64,000 nt of DNA from Balanoglossus misakiensis (taxonomy: Eukaryota; Animalia; Hemichordata): assembly GCA_040954595.2 (NCBI GenBank), contig CM082594.2:5751319-5815318 (forward strand), given 5' to 3'. This document shows, in pieces, positions 23,511 through 36,016 of this stretch; position 1 is the first letter of the stretch, and every line of letters begins with the position of its first letter. The notes under the pieces are model-generated. The model was not told where the DNA came from and did not search any database. It worked only from the letters and a program-made list of their open reading frames with translations. A program made the translations under genes and the position numbers.

Positions 23511-26474
23511 CGTTGTGCTGACAAATTCACGTAGAAAGGCACAAACTGACTGAAGCAAATTGAATCACCGGCGTTTTATTGGGCAATCTTTTGTGCTGCT
23601 CAGCCATCAACTCATTGACTCGAGTGCCTACACTGGTGTCGGTTTACGTCGTGGCATACTTGGCGTTCCGGGCAACCTATCGTGGCAACTCTATCTGTTG
23701 TCAGCCATTGACGGCAATCCAGGCCTAAACATATCTCCATGGTTAATGCTCAGACGTGAAAAATCTAAGAATAACTTTAATGATAGCTTTCGAGGAGTGG
23801 CTGCAGAAAGCAAGTTGCAGTTCGGTCACCAGATGGCGGCAGGTCTCGCGTACTTTCCGTCGTGTTCACGGCCGTGGGCCGCTCTCGCTCCGCCACGTCC
23901 CCCTTTCGTGCTCTCTTCTTTTTCATTTCCCAACCATTTTTTTTGTCTGAAACACAAATCAACGCCTCGCTGTCATCAGTGCTCCGTATCATGAACTTCA
24001 CATTTTGATTTCCGTGTCCTTGGCGGTGAATAGACCATTTGTCTGTGGTCAGCTTGTTTTGGAAATAAAAAAAATACAATCAGATGCATTGTTACACCAC
24101 TGCCTTCGGGGTGAAAATAGCTTCTGCCTTGCGCCAGCTTTCCGCACTTACATCCGGGTACCTTTGAAAGACCAGTGAAAACTTTCATCACGATTCGGAT
24201 GCAAAGTATACGTAAATATTTATCGCGTTACTCACCGCACGGGTGAAGAACAACAGAAAACGAGGTGCGCTATTGTTGCGTTGGCATGGGAACCAGGCGG
24301 GCATTCAAGCCGTCACATTTTGATGGCGTGCCATTTCCGTTGTCAATCATTTACCTGCGCACTATGGTGTCGCGTCCGTCAGAGTGTGACTGTACATCGC
24401 TGCTGCGCCCTTCGCGAGCTTGGTCGACAGGGATCATGGTATTCTGTGTGTAATCCAGGTTTTAATGTTGCTAATGTTTATGTTGTTGGCCTAATTCGTG
24501 ATGCGACCGATTATGTGTGTGTTCGTGGTTTCGCCATGTAGCCATCTCCTTCGCACAGACAGCCGCTTCAATTTGTTTCGCGATTCGATCCAATATAGCC
24601 ACCTGTGAACACGCTTCGCAAACAAGCGACGAGTTTTCTGTAAGCAAAATGAGGAACGGCCCCCACGGAGGATGGCAACAGGTGGTTTTGCATTAAGGAT
24701 GTATGCGCAATGCAATTTATACGAGCGTCGAGTTTGACCCTTTTCTTTGAATTACACTGATAATTGCTTGGAGAAATCCAACTTCTCGTGTCATTTTCAT
24801 GGCATTTTGCACATAGCTCAGCCAAAAGAAACCGAAACATCACCTTGCTTATTTGTGGGATAAACTCCAATGAATGTTTCCGCCATGTGAAAAAATCCCA
24901 CTCGGCATTTCTTTCACATATCGGCGAAACTCACGGCCTTGAATGACAGTATACTTTTCAACCTAACCGGTCGAACATCCTTATAATGTGAAAATAGCCA
25001 AGCATGCTGGTTACAAGGTTGCCCGCAAATTTTGAATGTGGAGACGTGTCCTTCTGCACGAAATGCTGCATTGTTGAGCGATGATTTAAACACAAGCTCT
25101 AGGTCTGGGTCTTTAACGAATGTCCTTAATGTCACTGGTGTGTATTAGTTGTCTCGCCCGAGGGCACTTTCAAATTGCCATGATCAAATGAACCACGGGG
25201 ACAATGTGGGAACGACCTTACAACGCCAATTTCTGTAGCTAAACGACAGCGGTGTTTTGTAAGACAGCTCATCATTCTGACAGGCAAATCTATGAGCGTC
25301 CACCCTTTGCATTTTACAATCAAAGCAACCATTCACTTTGACGCTGGCGTACAACCTGTAGTGCTATTTGTAGTTCTGTTATCTTTGATAACGTATGTCC
25401 ACAACGGGCGACGCAGTTACCCATGTTCATATTTCTATACGCAAACTTGAAGACGGTCCAGCGTTGGGTGTGGAACCGAAAGTACACATACACGATTGTA
25501 CACGCATTGCAATCGTTGCTACTGTTCGACAGCATCTGTATTGAGCATACTGTTGACTTTTGTACAGATTTTCTGCGTGACAGCTATAGACCATGATCTA
25601 TACCTACAGTACAGTGTTATAAAATCCCGGACCCCCATAACACAAGGCCGGGTAGAACGGTACATGAAAAGCCATCAGTGGACCAAGCGAATGCAAATTG
25701 GGGGTTCTAAGCATGACAAGGTAACTGACCGATAAAATGCGGTGCTGATTGTCAAACAAAACAGATCAACTGCTCAAACACAGTTAATTTTATTCCGAAT
25801 CACCTGTTTTGTCGTTATATTCAAATTACAACAAAGGTCTTTTCTATCCACGAATGACAACAAAACCGTTTGGGGTTCTATCCTATTCACGTGGAGCCAA
25901 TTGAAAAACAACCAACGAAAGAGAACCCGTAATTTCCCTAATTTATCAGGGGTTGCTACCTCATTGTCCAGAACTTCGTGAAATAATCACCAACAAATGG
26001 AACGTGAACTTTACGCAGGGGGGAATACTCATCACCATTTTACAGTGATGTACTGAGGTTTGTTTACATATATAAAAAAGTCAGAAATATTTATTATGGC
26101 GAAGTTGACCAACATGGCGGAATGTACTGCCGATGCTAAGATACAAGACAACCACGTCTCCCCACGCAGGACCTGCGATTTTTTTTACTATTTCGGGATG
26201 ACATATGTAATGACCTCCTCCTCCGCACGGACAATGCAATCAATGGAGGTCGAAGAGATAAAAAATGTCGTGATTAAGTACAGTCCGACAATCCATTCAT
26301 CTCAGCTTTTGTCCTCCACACAATAAACCAGCCAGAATATACAGGAGTTAGTCCACGACAACCAACCACCCGACCGCTGGTATGGACAACGAGGCGACGA
26401 GTCCGCCGCGCCTGGGAAATTTATAACACTTGGCTTGATTTTACTAAGATACCGTTGAAACGAGCTGGCCCGGG

Positions 26475-27986
26475 ATGTCTGGTGGTTCGCTAGCAACCAG
26501 GAATGGAGAGGCTCGACTCTACGATATCAAGCCCCGTCGGAACAGTAAGAGGTCACTTCACGTGTCAGGCACCCGCTTACAGTCGGAAATTGATCGCATC
26601 GACTTTGCGCGAGAAAAGAGCCGGCTCGAGTTTCGGCGCGAGGAGAGGGAGCTCCGCAAGTCTCTGAGCGATATCTGGGATGTGAAGGGGGACATGAAGC
26701 GGTCCAGCGTGTCCCGCGGCCGGAAGAGGCAGGAGGGGGTTCCGGGAGACGGGAAGGGCGGCAGGAAACAGAGCGGGAAGGCGTCGTCGAGCAGCGGCTC
26801 CAGCGACCGAAGCGACACGTCGCCGTCCCCGGCGGCAGCGACGACCACCCCGGCGCCGCAGCTGAGCCGACGACTGACGATGCTCGCCGAGCGGGACATG
26901 GAGGAGGAACGGAGGCGGCAGCGCGAGAAGAAGAACTCGGAGAGCTTCTTGCAACTCATGCAGCGGAACACGCCCCGTGGTAGTAACAACAACGCGTCCG
27001 GCATCGGCACTCTGACGGGGCAACGCGTCAAGCTCCACGGAGCCGGCCAACAGAAGACGAAAACAAACGCGAGCGGTGATGGTGACACTAGCCAGCCCGA
27101 GGAGAAAGACGGGCGACGAATCTCAAACACCGTCGTTATAGTCGCACACGATTCCCCGGAGAAAAGCCCCGGTGATAAATCGGCCAAGCAGAGTGTTTTT
27201 GGAGCGGCTGATAAAAAATACTGGCAAAAGCGGACAGCTGAGGATGATGAACGGAAGGGGGAGGGGATTGCATCCGAAGGGACGGACTTCGAGACACGTG
27301 TGAGTGCCGAGGAGGACCTAGAAGTGCCGGGAGACAGTTCGGAACAATACACAGCTGGAGCACATAACGATCACAAAATTAACGATCGCCTCGGTACACA
27401 ATCCACTGGACGCGACCAGAACGAGACCGGGAACACCAAACAGACCGAACTGCCATCACTCACTGACGCCGATATTGAGAGCAGCGACTACCGCGATATG
27501 TCTTATCAGCAGAAAAACCCGTCCCGGCAGAAAGGCGCTTCAAAAGAAGCAAGCGTTGATATTTCGGGTTTGAGAGGCAGCGACCAGTACGGGAAATACA
27601 ACGAGGACCCCGGTCCGTCGTCGAATAACGGTGCCGTCGGCGGCACCGACCCGAGACGCCGCGTCAGCGTTGCCAACGTGAGCTCGGAGGCGCAGCAACC
27701 GCTTGCGGCCGACGGCGTCGACAAGCAGCGACGGAAATCGGTCGCCGTCGGTGCCTTGGACGCCGGCACGAAGAAAGAGCAACAGCGGTACGGAGAGATG
27801 ACCGAAGAGGAAATGGAGAAAATGTGGGCTGACGTGAGGAAATGCCGCTACCTGCGCGGGTACGACCCGCCAGAAATGAGGATGCCAGCCGGCAATGTAG
27901 ACTTATTTGATTTCAAGAAAAGGGCAGATAAAAGGGAGCAACGCAAGGCGAAGGGCAAGGGAAAAGAGCAGACCATCCAGGAATAA
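26475..27986 (+). CDS. Uncharacterised 503-aa protein: N-terminal coiled coil, disordered middle, C-terminal CRYLR motif (CCDC190-like architecture)
   Basis: Long GC-rich ORF with a possible 5'UTR acceptor at ~26447. The C-terminus is paralogous to the 30181 ORF. Confidence 0.8.
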   Translation: MSGGSLATRNGEARLYDIKPRRNSKRSLHVSGTRLQSEIDRIDFAREKSRLEFRREERELRKSLSDIWDVKGDMKRSSVSRGRKRQEGVPGDGKGGRKQSGKASSSSGSSDRSDTSPSPAAATTTPAPQLSRRLTMLAERDMEEERRRQREKKNSESFLQLMQRNTPRGSNNNASGIGTLTGQRVKLHGAGQQKTKTNASGDGDTSQPEEKDGRRISNTVVIVAHDSPEKSPGDKSAKQSVFGAADKKYWQKRTAEDDERKGEGIASEGTDFETRVSAEEDLEVPGDSSEQYTAGAHNDHKINDRLGTQSTGRDQNETGNTKQTELPSLTDADIESSDYRDMSYQQKNPSRQKGASKEASVDISGLRGSDQYGKYNEDPGPSSNNGAVGGTDPRRRVSVANVSSEAQQPLAADGVDKQRRKSVAVGALDAGTKKEQQRYGEMTEEEMEKMWADVRKCRYLRGYDPPEMRMPAGNVDLFDFKKRADKREQRKAKGKGKEQTIQE

Positions 27987-28179
27987 GAGTATTTTGAGAG
28001 CGATCTAGGAATTTGGCAAGAAACGGTGGTATTTTTGTATTGAGAGGGTAAAGGGGTCATTAATAACTGTTATGGCGTCCTATTGGATTGCGCAACTATC
28101 TTCAAAGTACTGGTTGGACAATATGGGTTCGATAGAATCGACATCTTCAACCCCTAAGCACATAACCGACTCCGGTATA

Positions 28180-28390
28180 CAGGCAAGCCATCAGTAAACT
28201 ATACTTATTGATAAGTTTGTTTACGTTCATGCACGGGGTCAGGCAGCGCCTTTTGTAGAAATGTTTACCCGGACAGTAAACTCTATCCCCGCCAGCAGAA
28301 TTACCTTACCGCAACTTTTTTTTTATTTTAAACGTCGCAACCACTCGCGTTTTCTCCTAACAACGCAATCACACAATCGCTCCGGACAAC
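28180..28390. promoter_or_regulatory. Conserved downstream non-coding block with forkhead sites, copy 1
   Basis: gtaaac / tgtttac / tgtttac / gtaaac are conserved with 30753-30950. Confidence 0.5.
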
Positions 28391-29094
28391 ACATTACCCC
28401 GCGTAATTGACACTAGAACACCGTAACACCAGCCCCGAGCAAACATGGATCACGGACACATCTATTGTGACTTTTGAAAGTTTTTCGACAATAGCCAAAA
28501 CTCTTTTGTGACTTCCAATGGCGGGGGTGTCACCGCCTCTTCAGAAAGCCGCGCTATAAATTAAAGACCCCTGCCTTTAGAATACCAAAGCGTAATTGTT
28601 AGACTTTTTGGAAATGTACACAGACTTTTACAGCGGTACCATTTAAGATTTTGGTGCGAAATACTGTTTACCAATCCGCTCCCGTTAAATGCGCAGTACC
28701 AGGAAGCGCTGGATTTATAGCGATAATTAGGATACTTGCATTCTCTGAATGTCGAGACAGTAAATATCTTTTTGTTGAAGGTTAAACACTCTGTATATCT
28801 CAAAAGTAACCAACCAAATATTTTATTTCCCCAAGCGGCATTTATATTATGCAGATAGAATGGCGTGAAAGTGTCCGCAGTTTGCAAGTCACCAGACACC
28901 TGTACGTGACGCTTCGCACTGTCGCAGGTAAATGTACTGCGCATGAGCACTGTGCCAACCAATACCGGTTGGATTTCTAAATAACTAACAGCTGGCATAA
29001 GGGAACGCCGTGTCTTTGAAGACGTACACCGTTAATGTTGTAATTTTATTTTTTATATTTGTCTTTTTGACGATTTAGCGTCGTTAAAGCAAAA

Positions 29095-29097
<3 letters not shown>

Positions 29098-29163
<66 letters not shown>
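29098..29163. repeat. (AG)n microsatellite
   Basis: Directly visible. Confidence 0.98.
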
Positions 29164-29166
<3 letters not shown>

Positions 29167-30180
29167 ACGCGCAAGGATACGCAGAATAGAATAACCATGA
29201 CACAATTCTCATGATTTTAATTCCTTTAATTTCGAATGTAAAGACGTGTACATAGTAGCTTTCTATATACCGGGTCAAAATGTGAATCAATTTGCTCTGA
29301 CTCAGCATGTACATTAGCATCTTTGAAATTGGTTTGACAACGTGTAATATTGATATTCAATTCCACACAAAAATAAGTATGGTCATTAGCATTAAAGGAA
29401 CTAGTAAAAGTTTTTGGTTTAGTTTTCATTTTCGTTGATGGCGATGCGGATCTTCTGTTGGACTCATCATTACCTGTTATATTTTGTTTCATCTGTTGTG
29501 TTTGCTATGGGGCTTGAAGTCATCCCGTGTGCGAGAGACGTACATGTATATCTGCTGCGCGGAGTGAAATTCCAACAACCCGGTCTGTTGGACAGAAGTC
29601 CAGTTGATATTAAATATTCACGGGGCGATACCGGCTTGCGGGTAGCCTGCTTATTTGCATAAGTGTCCCTGATTGAACATTCAGGGACAACTTTGCGGAT
29701 TACAAGACGCTGTGGTATCACAGGCTTCGCTTTTGTTCGTAACGGTAATAGCAACATGTTTGCTCATGCTCAGTATTGAAGTGGGCAAATTCATCTAACC
29801 ATAGCCTTTTCTACTGTCTATGATCAAACAACTTTTTCTGACTGTGGTGAGTATTTTACGAGCAGTTCATGTCCCACAGTTGATTCCTTCTCACAATAAT
29901 TCAAAATAATTTAGAACGTTTTTTTTCGAACAACACCGACAACAAAGGGTTTTGTGATTTGTTGCTGAACCGACTCCCGCTGACCAACTGCAGGTCCCGA
30001 GGGTCTTTACAATGAGTGATGACGCCTCTCACATATATCCATCACGGAATTATCGATCGGTCGGATGCGCGATTCGGCACGAGGTCGTCCCGGCCGAACA
30101 AGGGATCGGCATAAAGCACTGAACCCTTGAACAGGTTGTACAGCGAGGAGAACATTGAGACTCGTACTGTCGTAAACAAG

Positions 30181-30576
30181 ATGTCCCACAAGCAGAAGAG
30201 TCCGACGCGGCGGTCGGGCAACGTCGCCGCCAAAGAGAGAAAGCAGCCCGGCGAGTCCGGCCAAGCCGCTGCCGGCGCGGCCGGACAGGAGAGGCGGCGG
30301 CGCGTCAGCGTGGGCGCCAACAACAAGCCGCACCCGTCCGCCTTCGCCGCCGACAGCGACAAGCAGCGGCGGGTGTCGGTGGCCGTCAACGCCATGGACG
30401 CCAAGCGGGAGCACCAGCGGAGGCACCCCGAGATGACGGAGGAAGAGGTGGAGAAGGTCTGGGATGACGTGAGGAGGTGTCGGTACCTGCGCGGCTACGA
30501 CCCGGTGGAAATGCGAACGCCGCCCGGCGAACAGGTGGATTTGTTCGATTTCAAGAAAAAGGGGGTCAAGAACTAG
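30181..30576 (+). CDS. Short CRYLR-motif paralogue (~131 aa from ATG 30181)
   Basis: RRVSV..AADSDKQRRVSVAVNAMDA..EMTEEEVEKVWDDVRRCRYLRGYDP..VDLFDFKK aligns with the C-terminus of the 503-aa ORF. There is an in-frame TAA upstream at 30112. Confidence 0.75.
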   Translation: MSHKQKSPTRRSGNVAAKERKQPGESGQAAAGAAGQERRRRVSVGANNKPHPSAFAADSDKQRRVSVAVNAMDAKREHQRRHPEMTEEEVEKVWDDVRRCRYLRGYDPVEMRTPPGEQVDLFDFKKKGVKN

Positions 30577-30752
30577 CGAGCGATGCCAAGGAGGAAATTT
30601 TAAGGCCAAGATTCAACAGGTATCGCGACTGTGATTCGTGTACAATCGAATTTAAAACACTGCGTCCCGATCCCGCGACCGACCGAAGTCGCCCTTCCAC
30701 CACGGACTATACGACAACTCGACATTTCATTTGAACATTATCCACCGAACAC

Positions 30753-30950
30753 CGCAAGCCATTTGTAAACAAAGGATATTGATCAGTGTGTTTACCTCCA
30801 CACGTCAGGTCAGCCTCGCACCTTTCACGAAATGTTTACCCGGCGGTAAACTCTATACACGATGCCTGTATCACCTTACCCGACCCCTTTGCAATCACGG
30901 AGACGCAGGTTTTCTCCCGGACAACGCAACCCACAAAGAATTCTCTGGCT
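30753..30950. promoter_or_regulatory. Conserved downstream non-coding block with forkhead sites, copy 2
   Basis: gcaagccatttgtaaaca...tgtttac...gaaatgtttacccggcggtaaactctat aligns to 28180-28390. Confidence 0.5.
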
Positions 30951-33900
30951 ACATTTGATATTCTGTAAACAGGTCCCCGAAGAAAAAGAGATTAGTAACT
31001 TCCGAAGGTTTTGCAATATTTTGAGATGACATAATCTGCAAACACGTGACAGAAGTTGTATATTTCATAATTGTGACACACTGGAAAGTACTATCGATTC
31101 TTCATAAAATACACGGAGCCTAAAATATATTTCTTAACACAAATTATTCTACAACGGGGAAAACTTATCTGACCCTTTCAATTTTCGATCCGTCCATTCA
31201 TTTTCCAGACTCTAATAAGATAATCATATCCTATGGTGACGAGAATGAAAGATTAATTTCCATGGCTACCTGAAGTTTATTTTGTGCAACTTGCGAAAGA
31301 AAAAGAAGTTTCTTTTATGTAGGTCATTGTATACGTATATAGAATTACAAACCGGCTTTCGAGCTGTGTCTCAGTGTAAGTAAGTGTTATAACACAATGC
31401 CGAGGTTTTACGGTGTATATATGTAATGATATTCAAAAACATCAATTTATTAATATATTCTTACAGGGTGACGGTTAACCTCAAAGGTATAAGGAAAAAA
31501 TGAACATTTTAGGGACCGAAAATATTATATTTTTTAAATCTCATACCGTCCAGAATTTCTGAATATTTAGCGACAATTTTAATCGGACAAAACCAGAAAC
31601 GCACGCGGTTGCTGTATTTTCAGCTCTTTTAGTTAGGGTGTGTAGTTAATTAAAGCTAGCCGAATCAGGATAGTATCGATCTTTCTGCCGGAGCATGCTC
31701 GCTAAAACAAAGTGGTTCTTGCCTATGTTCAAGCTTACGATTGTGGGGTCAAGGGCACGCGACCCTCAGGTCACGACTTGCTGTGGTCGACATTCACTCG
31801 TTGCTGCATGACAATGGATGTTACCAAGCAAGGGTTAACTGCATCTCAAATCAAATGAAGTTTTTATAGATGTTTCATTGCTATTCTTAGATAAGAAATA
31901 TCAGCAAGGTATCAAGTTTATAGTCAGGGCTTGCCACTTAATAGTAGGGTCGCATTCCCATTCAGTCCATGTCACAGGAACTCACCGAACTTGTAAATAT
32001 TTTTGAAGCACTCACCCACATGTATGTGTAAGTCATCGTTGCGTCACCTGTATAGCAGGTGTTCGAAGCAGAACTTTCATTGTTATGCCAAAGCGCCATG
32101 TTATAATGGTGTGAACTTCATCTTAATGCAGAAGTAACTATTAACTTTCAGTACTAAATGTTGTTATTTGTATGTGGGAATATTCCCATGTGAAAATGTA
32201 ACATTTGGAAATATAGAGCTATATGTTTTTTTTTTTAAAGTGTAACTTATACTGATATCTAGTGAATTTGAAACAGTGGCAATTTGAAAGTGACTTTAGA
32301 AATATAATACTGGATGTTCATTTTATTCATTTAGGCAACTTCAGCCCCAGGCTGAGTATCTAATAGACGCGAGCAAAAACCAGCAAAGAAAGAAAGCAGG
32401 ACGTGTGAAGTGTGAATAACGAAATTAATGGATTTAAGACTTTTTTTTCAAAGTAATGTTATTGATGTGCAAAGTTTCGTTGGTAATAAAACATCCGCGT
32501 TTCTGTGGTTAAGCGTAAATCACCTATTTCAGAGGTTCGACCATTTTCTCAATATTATGACGTCACCTGAGGAACCAAGTGCGTCATTGCGCAAAGAAGC
32601 TGCGCCTGTGCAAATTTCGTCGTGAATTCCTGCAAGATTTGACAGGAAATGCCAAAGATTTGCCTGGTTCCATCGTTTTTCTTCCGGGCTTGGCACAAAC
32701 TAACTTGAAGCAAGCATATTGATGTAGACGTCTGCTGTTCTATTTTGCTATGGGTGTGTTACAGAACACTGTAAGTTATCGGTGTCGATTTAAATATAGA
32801 ATTTATCAGTAGTACACAATCAGCACTAACTTAATTTAATCATGATTTCCCCATGCCCACTTCAAAGTACTACCGTGTTCTGTGATATTTCTCTTATCGA
32901 GATTATGTCACGCCATTACAATCCTGTGCGCGTAGGTGTCTGGTACATGTATATGTGTTGCGAATCGATGGTATCGATCCTGGGAAGACATTGTAGACAC
33001 CATCACGCTTCATTACGTACAACACTCGCTCAGTGATAATGGCGTGAAATGAGATTATCTCGAACACTAGTAATCCATCGATTCTGCGTGACATCATTTA
33101 TCGAGTTTACACTTTGCTTAAAGTCCACATCGTAAGTCTTTAATGAAACGAGTGAACAAAAACACCGGCCGTTACTACTTATAGTGGAATTTATATCCAA
33201 AGCCGGAATGCGCTGATAAATGTTGGAAAAATTCCCGAGAAGTGGATTAGACACAACATTACGTAAACTTCATGGCAGATGATAAAGAGCGGTGGTTTAA
33301 AGAGATGGAAATAAAACGCTAGCTTTCAGTATACCATCAGGCGAAAACGTCGAATCACTGTATGTCATTCGTTTGATTTCGAGTATCTGTCCGTGGTCAG
33401 TGTAAGTGTTTACCAAAGTCGATTATGGCGATGGAGTAATTTTAATGACGCGCTAGAAAGCGACGTTTTATGGCACATGAAACACACAATTGGCATATTG
33501 TTTGCGTTTTGGACAGCTTTTCACACCCGGTGCGTTTGTTTACATCTTGGTGGCCCCAAACTATTTTGGAGCAGGTGTTCCAAAGTTTACCGCCCAGAGA
33601 GCCAATCGCGACCTGGCCGTCGTCGTGACCTCGTGACGGGGAAAGAGGTCAACGTGCCACGGTCAAGAGAAGGGACGATGCAACAGGTGGTTTATACCGT
33701 GAAGGGCTCGAGTGTTTCAACTCCCCGCCGCCATTACGCGCTACACCGGCCCGCTCTCAAGTTTCCATTCACCGTTTTCTTCCTATCCCAGGGACAAACG
33801 TGATGTGATTTACGCAATGACAAAGATACCTGTGTCAGACGTACGTGTAAAAATCGATATGTCCACCGCTTATGCACAAACATTGACTCAAGCCCTCGAG

Positions 33901-35959
33901 TAGAAACGGGCGAGAGACTATGGACACAGGTGTACTAATTTAGGGTAATCGTTTTTAGATTTGTGTGTTTCACATATACAGTGTCATAATTGAATCACGT
34001 TAAGTATAGTTTCTCCTAACTGTGTGCGCAATACTATTTGTGTTTGGGAACTTACTGTGGCTGTACTCTAGTGATTTGTGCCAGTGTGGTCGGCGATTCT
34101 GAAATGAAGCGGAAACAGTTCCAATACGGATTTCCCCCCAATAATTTGACCTGCGACTTGTTTACCGACTGTATTCATGGCATTTGTTGACTCTGTGTTG
34201 GACTTCAGGGCACGCAGAATGCTAATTTATTAGATTTATAACGATCGCACAACTCATACTGTTGGTAAACTGGCCAAGTAACCCTGGTGGGTATTGGTGG
34301 GTATACATAGGCCTACATACATACACGCGCAGTCGTACACGGCCATTATTTAGGGTAATACTACAGTGGATACCGTCACCATGGTTACGACGCGCGTGAA
34401 CTGAAATACTACTGCAACAAGTACACGATATTGCCCTCAAAAGAGTAATATCTCAACTTCTGACACGGTAAACAAAACTTCAACCGTGTGCACACAACGT
34501 AAAATATTTTAAACTGTTGGCCTGTAGACTTTATTACTAGGGTACAAGCGGATTGTTAAGTGACCAAGCTTTGTCAACGCAATTACAACGCCGATAGTCA
34601 AATTTCATGTGTGGGCCAGTTGGTTTGGGGCCAGTTCCGGGTCAGTTGTACGGATATTTGCAATTTAAAACTGCGTTACGCACAGCAGTGCGAGACAGAA
34701 ACGGCTGCGACTGGACATTTCTCGTAGATATCAATAATAATGGCGTAGCATATATAGGCCTTGGCCTATTTTGATTTCGACACGGTCTTAATTCCGAGCC
34801 AGTGACGTAAAGGCTGATGAAGCGTGCGAAGACGCGCTGGAGTTCAGCCAATCTTTTAACATTTACTGCGTTAGAATACACTGCGTGAATGGTTTTATCG
34901 GATTCTGCGAACAGACTGCGTGTTTTTTCTACTTTTGGCACGGCGTCAACAATGCATGCTAAAGTCAGCTTTACCGCGGGTATTAAATAGAAAACAGAGT
35001 TTTCGCCTTTGTGTGTAAGAAACAAATAACCTTCCAGTAAGTGTGTAAATGCAGTACGTTATAGCAAACACATTTGTTATGGTGCATGCAAATAGCACAC
35101 ACCAGAAAATAATTATACACCGAACGGTATAATTCTGTGCTTCACGTCAACACAGTGTAGGTTGGGTGACTGTCTAAAGGGGTTATAACAGGTCACTTAC
35201 AAATAACATGCTTAAATCTTTGCTTTCATCTGGCGACAATGGGACCGACAGCGTGACAGGTACATGTACAAAAGAGCTCGGGGAGATTGAAAACACTCCC
35301 GTCTGACGGAAAATGCAGACATTGTGACGTCGAATGCTCCAACGGGCCGTGTATTTGGTTTGCGTCTTAGGGACCCCGGTATGTGACGTGTACCTCAGCC
35401 CGGGTAGGGATGAACCCGGAGCGTTGTAGTGTTTGCCGAGATCGACCAGTGGCGACACTACTGGCCGTGATAACACATACAACAGAGGAATTTTCCCCAA
35501 AGAAATATGACCCTACAAAACAATAGACGGTGTTACGCCAAATCACACTGACTGGCATATCAGTACCACAGTCATCAAAAATCATTGATCGCGATCTCAT
35601 GAAGATGTTCGCCTAACGGTTTTGACAATAAAGCGCCCACCGTTTGAATTCTTCCCATATTAATAAAACGTCAGTATGCCCTCACATTTCTCTCTTTCAA
35701 AAGACCGATAAAGAAATCACCGATATTACGACCCTTGTCGGTGTCTAGGCCGAAACTGAGTTCTGTCGGCGCAGATCGATTTTATGTTTACATTTTGAAT
35801 GATAAATCCCCGATCATCCATCGCCCACGCTCCCCTTGTCCATTTAGTGTGAATACGAATATTGACGATATAGATAAAGAGATTCTTTGTTTTGTTGTTA
35901 AAAAGTACCGGATGGAGCCCACAAAATCGGATGGCTATAGCCGGACTGTGGTAGACGGG

Positions 35960-36016
35960 TAGATGGATGGATGGAAAATAAATGAATGAATGAACGAACG
36001 AACGAACGAATGAATC
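35960..36016. repeat. (GATG)n/(GAAT)n/(GAAC)n tetranucleotide repeat
   Basis: Directly visible. Confidence 0.85.
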
